Assembly: GCA_944391115.1 (NCBI GenBank)
Contig: CALXSJ010000004.1
Coordinates: 101,957 to 165,956, forward strand
Direction of reading: 5' to 3'
DNA from: an uncultured Victivallales bacterium
GTDB taxonomy: Bacteria > Verrucomicrobiota > Lentisphaeria > Victivallales > UBA1829
DNA: 64,000 nucleotides
The position numbers were made by a program, and so were the translations under genes. The notes below the pieces were generated by a model, which did not search any database, had not been told where the DNA came from, and saw only the letters and a program-made list of their open reading frames with translations. Below are positions 38,367 to 46,270 of the stretch, in pieces (position 1 is the stretch's first letter; each line of letters opens with the position of its first letter).

Positions 38367-39749
38367 ATGGCAACTAAGATACCAGTACCCAGACTCGGAC
38401 AATCCGAGGAGACCGTCACGATTCAGTCGTGGAAGGTCAAAGAGGGCGATGTCATCAAGAAGGGCGACGTCCTGTTCGATGTGGAAACGGACAAAGCCGT
38501 TCTTGACGTGGAATCGCAGTTTGAGGGAACCGTCCTGAAGATTCTCGTTCCGGCGGGAAAAGAGGTTCCGGTTCTCTGCACCGGGTTGATCGTCGGCGCT
38601 CCCGGCGAGGACATCTCCGCACTTCTCGCGGAAGCAGCAGCTCCCGCAAAGGCGCCTGCTCCGGCTCCCGCGGCTCCGAAAGCCGCCGCGCCCGCGCCCA
38701 AGACGGCTGCTCCGGCTCCCGCGGCAAAGGCTCCCGCAGCCTCAGCTCCGGCGCCTGCGCCTGTCGCGGCCGCTCCGGCTCCGGCCGCGCCCGCCGCGCC
38801 CGCGAAAAAGCCCGTCTCCCCGAGAGCGCGCGCTTTTGCGAAGGACTACCTGATTGACCTGAACAAGGTTCCGGGAACCGGCGGAAGCGTCGGACGCGTC
38901 ACGGAAAAGGACGTGAAGGAATATCTGGAAACGTCCGGCTACAACGCAAAGAAAATCACACCCGCCGCGCTGAACGTCGCAAAAGAGAACAAGCTGGAAC
39001 TTCTCAGCCTCAATGGAAGCGGCGAAGGCGGCAGAATCACACTCGCGGACGTGAAAGACGCGGTCGCGGAACTGCCGAAGCCGATGACCACGATGCGCAA
39101 GGTGATCGCAAGAAGACTCTCCGAGTCCAAGCATGTGATGCCGCACTTCTATGTCACGCTCTCCATCGACATGAGCGCGGTCAAGGCCAAGCGCGCGGCG
39201 CTGAAAAAGCAGAACATCTCCATCAGCGTCAATGTGTTCATCGCCAAGGCGGTGGCGCTCGCGCTCAAGGAGTTTCCGAACATCAACGCCGAATGCGTCG
39301 GCGACGCTGTCGTCCACAAGACGAAGGTGAATCTCGGTGTGGCGGTCAGTCTCGACAACGGACTGGTCGTCCCGGTCATCCGGAACGCCGACAAAAAGGC
39401 GCTGGACGAACTTGCCGACGAAATCGCCGAGCAGGCAGCCAAGGCGCGCGCGGGCAAGCTCACACCCGAGGATATGTCCGGCGGCTCCTTCACGATCTCG
39501 AACATGGGCATGATGAACGTGGAGAACTTCTGCGCGATCATCAACCCGGGCGAGAGCGGCATCCTGGCGGTCTCTTCCGCGATCCCGACTCCGGTCGTGG
39601 ACAAGGAGGGCAATATCGTCGTCCGCGACATGATGAAGATTACGCTGAGTGTGGATCACCGGATTGTCGATGGTTCCGAAGGCGCGAAATTCGTCAATGC
39701 GGTCAAGGCGAAACTGGAAGACGCGGCACTCTGGGATTCCATGATCTGA
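38367..39749 (+). CDS. Dihydrolipoamide acyltransferase E2 component
   Basis: Lipoyl domain (VLFDVETDKAVLDVES), Ala/Pro-rich linker, peripheral-subunit-binding domain, and a catalytic domain with DHRIVDG. Confidence 0.9.
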   Translation: MATKIPVPRLGQSEETVTIQSWKVKEGDVIKKGDVLFDVETDKAVLDVESQFEGTVLKILVPAGKEVPVLCTGLIVGAPGEDISALLAEAAAPAKAPAPAPAAPKAAAPAPKTAAPAPAAKAPAASAPAPAPVAAAPAPAAPAAPAKKPVSPRARAFAKDYLIDLNKVPGTGGSVGRVTEKDVKEYLETSGYNAKKITPAALNVAKENKLELLSLNGSGEGGRITLADVKDAVAELPKPMTTMRKVIARRLSESKHVMPHFYVTLSIDMSAVKAKRAALKKQNISISVNVFIAKAVALALKEFPNINAECVGDAVVHKTKVNLGVAVSLDNGLVVPVIRNADKKALDELADEIAEQAAKARAGKLTPEDMSGGSFTISNMGMMNVENFCAIINPGESGILAVSSAIPTPVVDKEGNIVVRDMMKITLSVDHRIVDGSEGAKFVNAVKAKLEDAALWDSMI

Positions 39750-39777
39750 TCTTGCGCAGTCAGAGCTGTTCCCTTGC

Positions 39778-39818
39778 GGGGAAGAACGGAAAAGTCCGTT
39801 CTTCCCCGTTTTCTTTCT
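39778..39818 (+). terminator. Rho-independent terminator after the E2 gene
   Basis: Perfect 12-bp stem GGGGAAGAACGG / CCGTTCTTCCCC with a 6-nt loop, then GTTTTCTTTC. Confidence 0.75.
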
Positions 39819-39833
39819 CTTCCGAAAGCACAA

Positions 39834-39870
39834 AAAACGGCGACTATTTCAAAAAATAATCGCCGTTTTT
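39834..39870. terminator. Bidirectional terminator-like hairpin between E2 and csp
   Basis: AAAACGGCGA / TCGCCGTTTT arms, flanked by an A-run on the left and a T-run on the right. Confidence 0.6.
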
Positions 39871-39901
39871 CATTATGGAACAATATTTATCGGGGAAACG
39901 T

Positions 39902-40114
39902 TTACCCGATCGGCACAACGTCGTCAGCCTGCAGCCCCTTGGCGCCGTTCGTCACGACAAATTCGACTTCCTGCCCTTCTTTCACTGTGCGGTATCCGTC
40001 CATTTTGATCGAACTGTAATGCAGGAAAATATCATCTCCCTGCGCACGTTCAATGAAACCATACCCTTTTGAGTTGTTGAACCACTTGACTTTCCCTTTT
40101 TCTTTCTCCGGCAT
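39902..40114 (-). CDS. Cold-shock protein (CspA family)
   Basis: 70 aa. RNP1/RNP2 motifs KGYGFI and IFLHYS. Preceded by a long AT-rich leader that contains an ATGCGG/CCGCAT hairpin. Confidence 0.95.
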   Translation of the reverse strand: MPEKEKGKVKWFNNSKGYGFIERAQGDDIFLHYSSIKMDGYRTVKEGQEVEFVVTNGAKGLQADDVVPIG

Positions 40115-40316
40115 CTTGCACCACCATACCTTGATTACTTATTTTACTTTCCATGCGGCACCCGTCATCCGCATTCAACTTCGCTATACATTATCCTCAA
40201 AAAAACAGATTTGAAAAGGGGGAAAACTGAAAAAAATTAAAAATATTTGATTTTTTGTAAATAACCGACATAAAAAGCTTTTTTTCTTTTATCCCGATAC
40301 ACGCGGAAACGAAGAA

Positions 40317-40388
40317 TCCGTTATTTTATGTTTTCCCTTGTTTTATTTGGAATCCCTTGTTGATTTTTTGAAATCCTCCGTTATTTTA
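40317..40388. repeat. Intergenic direct repeats (12-mer x2 and 9-mer x2) upstream of the Gfo/TIM pair
   Basis: TCCGTTATTTTA occurs at 40317-40328 and 40377-40388. TCCCTTGTT occurs at 40334-40342 and 40353-40361. Confidence 0.5.
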
Positions 40389-40449
40389 ATGATCGTCCCG
40401 CTTCTGCCGTTGAGCAAAGACTGGACACATCTTTTCAAGGAGAAAAAAA

Positions 40450-41553
40450 ATGGCTGCAAAGAAGATCAGAATCGGCATCGCCGGAATCGGACGCGCAGGC
40501 TGGGGCATGCACTGCTCCGAACTGGACAAGTACAAGGATCTCTATGAAATCGTCGCGGCATGCGACATCGAGCAGGAAAGGCTGGACAAGATGGCGCAGC
40601 GCTATCCGAAATGCCGGACCTACCTGAAATACGATGACTTCCTGAAAGATAAAAACATGGAGATGGTTGCCGTTGCGGTTCGCTCTCCCGAACACACGGA
40701 ATTCGCTCTGAAGGCTCTGAAGGCGGGAAAATACGTTTTCCTGGAAAAACCCATCGCCCTGAGTTATGCAGACGCGAAACGTCTTGTCGCCGCTGCAAAA
40801 AAATACCCCGGCAAACTCTACTGCCGTCACAACAGACGCTTTGAACAGGCCTTCAATCACGTTCTGGAAATCATCCGCTCCGGAATTCTGGGCGAAGTGT
40901 ATGAAATCCGCAATACGGTGAACAGCTACCAGAGGCGCGACGACTGGCAGGCGATCATTGAATGCGGCGGCGGACAGCTGAACAACTGGGGTCCCCACAT
41001 CATCGACCATATGCTCCAGATGCTGGAGTCTCCCGTTGCCGAAGTCTGGAGCGATCTGAAAAAGGTCACGGCGGTCGGTGATGCGGAAGATCATGTCCGG
41101 ATCATTCTCAAAGGGCAGAACAAACGCCTTGCCGAAGTGGAAATCAGCGGCGGCGTCGCAATCCCGGGACCGTCCTATGTCGTTCACGGCACGCGCGGCA
41201 CCCTGATCTGCGAAAACGGAGACATCCGTCTGAAATACCTCGATCCGAACCAGAAACTTGAGAAAATCACCGCCAGCAAGGCGTCTCCGCCGATCACCGG
41301 ATCTTTCGGCCGCCAGGAACCATTCAAATGGATCCGCAAAACCATCATGGTGGAAGCTTCCTGCCCGGATACGGAATCCGACATTTACAAATATGTCTTC
41401 AACGCCGTCCGGAAAGGAGAGCCATTCCCTGTCACGATCGAGCAGGCGGCGGAAGTCGTCCGCATTACGGAAATCGTGAAGAACAACTCGGAATTCAAAG
41501 AGCAGGATGTGAAGCCTGCAAAAGCAGCAAAGAAAGGCTCCCGTAAGAAATGA
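40450..41553 (+). CDS. Gfo/Idh/MocA-family oxidoreductase
   Basis: Has IRIGIAGIGRAG and YVFLEKPIA. The stop overlaps the next gene start (ATGA at 41550-41553). Confidence 0.85.
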   Translation: MAAKKIRIGIAGIGRAGWGMHCSELDKYKDLYEIVAACDIEQERLDKMAQRYPKCRTYLKYDDFLKDKNMEMVAVAVRSPEHTEFALKALKAGKYVFLEKPIALSYADAKRLVAAAKKYPGKLYCRHNRRFEQAFNHVLEIIRSGILGEVYEIRNTVNSYQRRDDWQAIIECGGGQLNNWGPHIIDHMLQMLESPVAEVWSDLKKVTAVGDAEDHVRIILKGQNKRLAEVEISGGVAIPGPSYVVHGTRGTLICENGDIRLKYLDPNQKLEKITASKASPPITGSFGRQEPFKWIRKTIMVEASCPDTESDIYKYVFNAVRKGEPFPVTIEQAAEVVRITEIVKNNSEFKEQDVKPAKAAKKGSRKK

Positions 41554-42542
41554 GGCCTCTGACAATCTTTTCCGGCCAGTGGACCGACATGCCCCTGATG
41601 ACATTTGCCAAAAAAGCCGCATCCTGGGGATATGAAGGAATCGAAGTGGCATGCGGCGCGCATCTTGATCCGGTGAAAGCGGCGCGAAGCAAAAAATACT
41701 GCAAGGAAATTCTCGACACCCTGAAAATCAACAACCTGAACCTCTATGCGATCAGCAACCATCTTGCAGGACAGCTGGTCTGCGATCCGGATGATGATTT
41801 CAGGACCGATGTCTTCGCGCCAAAAAAATTCGCCGGCAACATGAACGAGAAGCGCAAATGGGCGGTCGAGCAGATGAAATACACTGCCAAGGCCGCGGAA
41901 AATCTCGGAATCGAAATCGTCACAGGATTTACCGGTTCCCCGATCTGGCATATGCTTTACAGCTTCCCGCCGGTTCCGAAAAAAACCATTGACGACGGAT
42001 TCGACTATGTCGCGGAAATGTGGAACCCGATTCTTGACGTGTTCGAGGATCACGGCGTCAAATTCGCCCTTGAAGTCCATCCGACGGAAATCGCCTTCGA
42101 TATCGTGACGGCGAAACGCACGCTGGAAACACTCGACTACCGTGAGGAATTCGGGTTCAACTTCGATCCCAGCCATCTGTTCTGGCAGATGATGGATCCC
42201 GTCCGTTTCATCCGGGAATTTCCGGACCGCATCTTCCATGTGCACATCAAGGACGCCGCCCGGACGCTGGACGGCCGCTCCGGCATTCTCGCCTCGCATC
42301 TGGACTTCGGCCAGCCCGGACGAGGCTGGGATTTCCGGAGTCCGGGACACGGACAGGTCAATTTCGAGGAAATCATCCGCGAGCTGAACCGGATCGAATA
42401 CGACGGCCCGCTTTCAGTGGAATGGGAGGATTCCGGCATGGACCGTGAATACGGCGCGGCGGATGCGGCAAAATTTGTAAGGGAACTGGATTTCCCGACA
42501 TCGTCAATCAAGTTTGACGCGCAGATGAAAAACGACCGCTGA
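41550..42542 (+). CDS. Sugar phosphate isomerase/epimerase (xylose isomerase-like TIM barrel)
   Basis: 330 aa with segments GYEGIEVACGAHLD, KFALEVHPTEIAF, NFDPSHLFWQ and HVHIKD. Confidence 0.85.
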   Translation: MRPLTIFSGQWTDMPLMTFAKKAASWGYEGIEVACGAHLDPVKAARSKKYCKEILDTLKINNLNLYAISNHLAGQLVCDPDDDFRTDVFAPKKFAGNMNEKRKWAVEQMKYTAKAAENLGIEIVTGFTGSPIWHMLYSFPPVPKKTIDDGFDYVAEMWNPILDVFEDHGVKFALEVHPTEIAFDIVTAKRTLETLDYREEFGFNFDPSHLFWQMMDPVRFIREFPDRIFHVHIKDAARTLDGRSGILASHLDFGQPGRGWDFRSPGHGQVNFEEIIRELNRIEYDGPLSVEWEDSGMDREYGAADAAKFVRELDFPTSSIKFDAQMKNDR

Positions 42543-42597
42543 AGCGGATCGCCTGATTTGTATGCCTCCTCCGCATCAGGCAGGAGGCAGCGCACAG

Positions 42598-42637
42598 AAA
42601 AACCGGCGGAGAGGCAATGACCTTCCGCCGGTTTTCT
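42598..42637. terminator. Bidirectional terminator between the convergent TIM-barrel and repeat-protein genes
   Basis: Perfect 10-bp stem AACCGGCGGA / TCCGCCGGTT, flanked by AAAAA and TTTT. A second hairpin, GCCTCCT / AGGAGGC, lies at 42564-42588. Confidence 0.65.
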
Positions 42638-42651
42638 GTTTCGAAACGCCG

Positions 42652-43944
42652 TTACCGACCGGAACGCCGGACGGATGGAACAGCCTGGCGGAAGGCTCCG
42701 GAACGCCGGATCTCATATCCGCCGGCACGATTCTGCCGCAGGATAACCCTGCCGGAACTTTCAGCGCCGCTCCGGACCGGGGCCTGCCGGACGGCAGTAA
42801 CCTGCGAAGAGCCGGGCCGCCCGCTGTTCTGCCTTGCCGCAGGTCTGCTCTCCTGCCGGACGGTAATCTGCGAAGTGGTCGTGCCCGGTTTTCCCGGACG
42901 AGCCGGCTTTTCAGGACGAGCCGGTCTGTGAGGGCGGTCCGGTCTGTGGGGACGGTCCGGTCTGTGGGGACGGTCCGGTTTTCCCGGAGGCGGCGGGCGA
43001 TGCGGCGGACGATCCGGATGGAAGCGGTTCCACCATGCCACGGGGGCAAAATTGCCGGATATGAAATAAACCCCGTCGCCGACAAAACCGTAATAGCTGC
43101 CGAACGGATAATAAGTGATGGTATTGCCGTCCGTCCATTGATCGGGAACGGTCCGGGTCTGTTCCGCAGGAGCGGCGGCATCCTGCGATGCGGGGGCTGC
43201 CTGATCCGGCGCAACGTCGGAATCCTTTCCGGAATTGTCGTTCTTTTCCTTCCCCGCCGCGGCATATTCGGCATAGATTTCCAGATATTTTGTCAGAATC
43301 TCGGCGGAATCGTCCAGGTTCCCCGTAAAAACCGGAATCTGTTTTTTCTCATAGACAGCCTTCATGCCGGTGGGATAGAGGAAGCCGCTCCATGATCCTT
43401 CCGCGGGCAGATGGACGCCGTCCACAAGAACAAGTTCGGACTGGATCGGACGGCCGGAAACAACCTTGTCGATTTTCACCACGCAGCCGGTTTTCGTATC
43501 CTTGACCGGAGTAATCTCCACGGAACGGCGCCATGCATGAATGGCATAGCGGAGATCGGCCGGCTTGAGTGTGATTTTTTCGCCGGCGAACTTCGCCTTG
43601 ATCTGTTCGGTAATGCGCTCCAGACGCGTTTTCTCCTCGTCGGCGACCTTCTCGATGTCTTTTCCCTCGTATTTTCTGACCTCGGTTTCAAATTTTCTGC
43701 TTTTTTCCGGATCGTAACCGAATTTTTTCTGAAGCTCTTCCGGAAGATCCTGAAAACGCAGACCTTTCAGGACATAATGTCCCTTCTCGTTGACATAGCC
43801 GATGTCAATTCCGTCAGGATTGACTCTTTCCAGGCGGGCGTCTTCAAAAACCTGTCCGCTCCGGGTGGTGATATCCATCGTTTCAGCAGCAAGCGCGGCG
43901 GCGAAGAAAAAGAAGAAGAAAAACAGAATCAGCGGTTCTCTCAT
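42652..43944 (-). CDS. Secreted hypothetical protein with Pro/Arg/His hexapeptide repeats and a basic C-terminal tail
   Basis: ATG at 43944 has an AAGGAGG RBS. Signal peptide MREPLILFFFFFFFAAALAAE. C-terminal region reads GKPDRPHRPDRPHRPDRPHRPARPEKPARPGKPG. No family recognised. Confidence 0.6.
   Translation of the reverse strand: MREPLILFFFFFFFAAALAAETMDITTRSGQVFEDARLERVNPDGIDIGYVNEKGHYVLKGLRFQDLPEELQKKFGYDPEKSRKFETEVRKYEGKDIEKVADEEKTRLERITEQIKAKFAGEKITLKPADLRYAIHAWRRSVEITPVKDTKTGCVVKIDKVVSGRPIQSELVLVDGVHLPAEGSWSGFLYPTGMKAVYEKKQIPVFTGNLDDSAEILTKYLEIYAEYAAAGKEKNDNSGKDSDVAPDQAAPASQDAAAPAEQTRTVPDQWTDGNTITYYPFGSYYGFVGDGVYFISGNFAPVAWWNRFHPDRPPHRPPPPGKPDRPHRPDRPHRPDRPHRPARPEKPARPGKPGTTTSQITVRQESRPAARQNSGRPGSSQVTAVRQAPVRSGAESSGRVILRQNRAGGYEIRRSGAFRQAVPSVRRSGR
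42897..42985. repeat. In-frame 18-bp tandem repeat inside the secreted protein gene
   Basis: GGTCCGGTCTGTGGGGAC is repeated exactly at 42936-42953 and 42954-42971, with degenerate copies on both sides. It encodes the PDRPHR units. Confidence 0.75.
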
Positions 43945-44074
43945 CAGAAGGCCTCCTTTCAAGCAATGTCCGTCCATGGTAACTTAACCCTTCGCGGCGG
44001 TTTTGCAATCCCGCATGTCCTGATTCGGATCGTTTCAAACCGGAAAAATACGGCATTCCGCAACGGGTCCGCCC

Positions 44075-44626
44075 TTACAGCTTCCACTCGCCCGCATCAT
44101 GAACCTTTGCCGGATTGAAACGGGTGCGGGGCGCACTCTCCCCCTCCGGCACGCCGACGGCAATTCCGGCGACAGGAATGAGAAATTCCGGAATCCGGAA
44201 AATATTGCGCAAGGCGGCGATCCGTTCCTCCCGGGGATGAATGCCCAGCCAGCATGCGCCAAGCCCGAGCGCCGGCGCGGCGAGAAGCAGGTTCTCCGTC
44301 GCAGCGGCGCAATCCTGAAGCAGATAGGAAAGACTTTCCGCATGAGCAAGACGGATGTTGCCGCAGACCAGGATCCCAAGCGGCGCATCCGCCAGAAAAC
44401 GACCGTTCGGCAGACATTCCGCCACCATTTTGAGCAGTTCTCGCTCCCGGATCACCAGAAATTCCCATGGATCCCGACAGCAGGCGGACGACGCCGCCAT
44501 CGCCGCTTCCAGCAGGCTCTGAATCTGCGCTTCGGAAACCGGCGCACCGGTAAACGCCCGGACACTGCGCCGACGCCAGAGAAAATTCAACTCAGCTTTC
44601 ACGACTCTTCCTCCCTGAAATGACAT
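44075..44626 (-). CDS. Nitroreductase-family flavoprotein
   Basis: RRSVRAF motif, followed by LLEAAMAASSACCRDPWEFLVI. An alternative TTG start at 44665 has GGGGAG upstream. Confidence 0.8.
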   Translation of the reverse strand: MSFQGGRVVKAELNFLWRRRSVRAFTGAPVSEAQIQSLLEAAMAASSACCRDPWEFLVIRERELLKMVAECLPNGRFLADAPLGILVCGNIRLAHAESLSYLLQDCAAATENLLLAAPALGLGACWLGIHPREERIAALRNIFRIPEFLIPVAGIAVGVPEGESAPRTRFNPAKVHDAGEWKL

Positions 44627-44867
44627 ATCCAACAATTCCGCAGGCACCGCATGCTGCAAAGGCAAGCGTTTCGCTCCCCTTCCCCGGTAGCATAGCAGAA
44701 GATTGTCCTCTTGTCAAATCCGTTTCATACCGCGCCGTCCGGGAAAGAGGAAAATCCGGAAAAACATTGTTCATTCCATGGATTTCCTTGTCATTTCTTA
44801 CCCCGGACTTGTTTTGATTCCCGATTTCATTATATTATCGCAAAACAGCGGAGGAGAACATCCCGTC

Positions 44868-46172
44868 ATGGCATCCGATTCTGCATCCCCGACACTGGAG
44901 GAACGCCGTTCCTGCGAACGGAAGGCAACCCTTTCGACCTGTTTCGGCGCAATGGGCGATGTAACGCTGACGGACAGCGCCATCATCATTCTCTTTGCGC
45001 AGATGCTCGGCGCGGGCGACATGTTCTCCATGCTGACCACGTCGCTTCTGCCGCTCTTCAACGGACTGTGCATCATCCCGATGGCATGGGTCGCAAGCCG
45101 GATCGGCTATCAGAAACTGATCGTCCGCATCTGCATGGTATCCGCCTTCGCCTATTACATGGTGGCGGCGTCGCCGTTCCTGGGGGGCGGAAAAATTTCC
45201 GTCGGCATCATGATCGGCATGATCGTGCTGTATGCCTACTGCAATACCGGTTATATTGCGGGCTGGTTTCCGATGCTGGACACCTTTCTGCTCAAGGAGC
45301 GGCGCAGCACGTTTCTGAGCTCGATGCGTTTTTCCTGGCAGCTGTCCTCCGCGCTGTTTCTCCTGAGCGCAGGTTTTTTCGTGGGCAGAAATCCGACTCT
45401 GCATCAGCTCCAGCTGGTTCTGCTGATCGCGGCGACTCTCTATCTCGGCCGGATCTTTTTCATTTCACGGATTCCGGTTTACAAAACGGAGAAAAAAGGT
45501 GTCTACGGGTTCCGGGAGGGGCTTCAGGTGGCGCTGGCGAACAAGCCGCTGGCCGGATACTCCGTCTATCTGTTCATTCTGAACCTGGCCGCCTACGGGA
45601 CGCTTCCCCTGTCCACGATCTACCTGAAACGCTATCTGCACGCACCGGACAACATCATCGTCATGATTTCCGCTCTGAACATGGTCGGAATGCTTCTCGG
45701 TTCCATCGGAGCGGGACGGATCATCACCCGCTGGGGAATCAAGGACACACTGCTTGGAATCCACATCACCTACGCCCTGGTGAACTTCGCTCTGTTTTTC
45801 ATCGGGGAATGGAATCCCGCAACCGGCACGCTGATCGCGTTCCTGATGATGGTTTACAGTTTCACGTTCGCCTCCGCCTCCATTGCCTCCACCTCGGAAA
45901 TGATGGCTCTGGCCACGCCGGGAAACAAGGCCATGGCAATGGCCTTCTGCGGCACGTTCTACTACGGGGGCTCGGGCCTGTCGCGCCTGATCTCCTCTCT
46001 GGTGCTCGGTTCCGGCCTGCTGGCGCCGCAATGGTCGATCGGCGCCATGCGCATCTGCCACTACCAGACTCTGTTCCTGGTTTACGCGATCATGATCGTT
46101 TTCGCCGCAATGTTCCTGGTGGTGGTTCCCGCAATCTTTCCGAAAGGGGAATACGTCTACGACGTGCATTGA
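44868..46172 (+). CDS. MFS transporter (glycoside/cation symporter-like)
   Basis: ATG at 44868 after GGAGGAG. About 12 hydrophobic segments. The track ORF start at 44703 is rejected. Confidence 0.8.
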   Translation: MASDSASPTLEERRSCERKATLSTCFGAMGDVTLTDSAIIILFAQMLGAGDMFSMLTTSLLPLFNGLCIIPMAWVASRIGYQKLIVRICMVSAFAYYMVAASPFLGGGKISVGIMIGMIVLYAYCNTGYIAGWFPMLDTFLLKERRSTFLSSMRFSWQLSSALFLLSAGFFVGRNPTLHQLQLVLLIAATLYLGRIFFISRIPVYKTEKKGVYGFREGLQVALANKPLAGYSVYLFILNLAAYGTLPLSTIYLKRYLHAPDNIIVMISALNMVGMLLGSIGAGRIITRWGIKDTLLGIHITYALVNFALFFIGEWNPATGTLIAFLMMVYSFTFASASIASTSEMMALATPGNKAMAMAFCGTFYYGGSGLSRLISSLVLGSGLLAPQWSIGAMRICHYQTLFLVYAIMIVFAAMFLVVVPAIFPKGEYVYDVH

Positions 46173-46270
46173 CATTCTCCGTGCCGGGAAAGCGGCGCGG
46201 CAGCAGCCTCCGGAGCGGCGTGCGGCATGGCGGAACCGCAGACCTCCGGAAGCATCCGGTCAGGCAGAAC

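Noticed and set aside
35910-38402. 830-aa minus-strand ORF
   Set aside because: It is antisense to the E1 alpha/beta fusion gene. It has no motifs and a typical shadow-frame composition.
38640-38810. Repetitive GC-rich DNA (GCTCCGGCTCCCGCGGC-like iterations)
   Set aside because: It encodes the Ala/Pro-rich flexible linker of the E2 acyltransferase. This is a normal low-complexity protein linker, not a genomic repeat element or a CRISPR array.
42897-42985. The 18-bp tandem repeat considered as a CRISPR-like or minisatellite element
   Set aside because: There are no spacers and only about 2 exact copies. It is in frame within a CDS. It is reported as an intragenic tandem repeat only.
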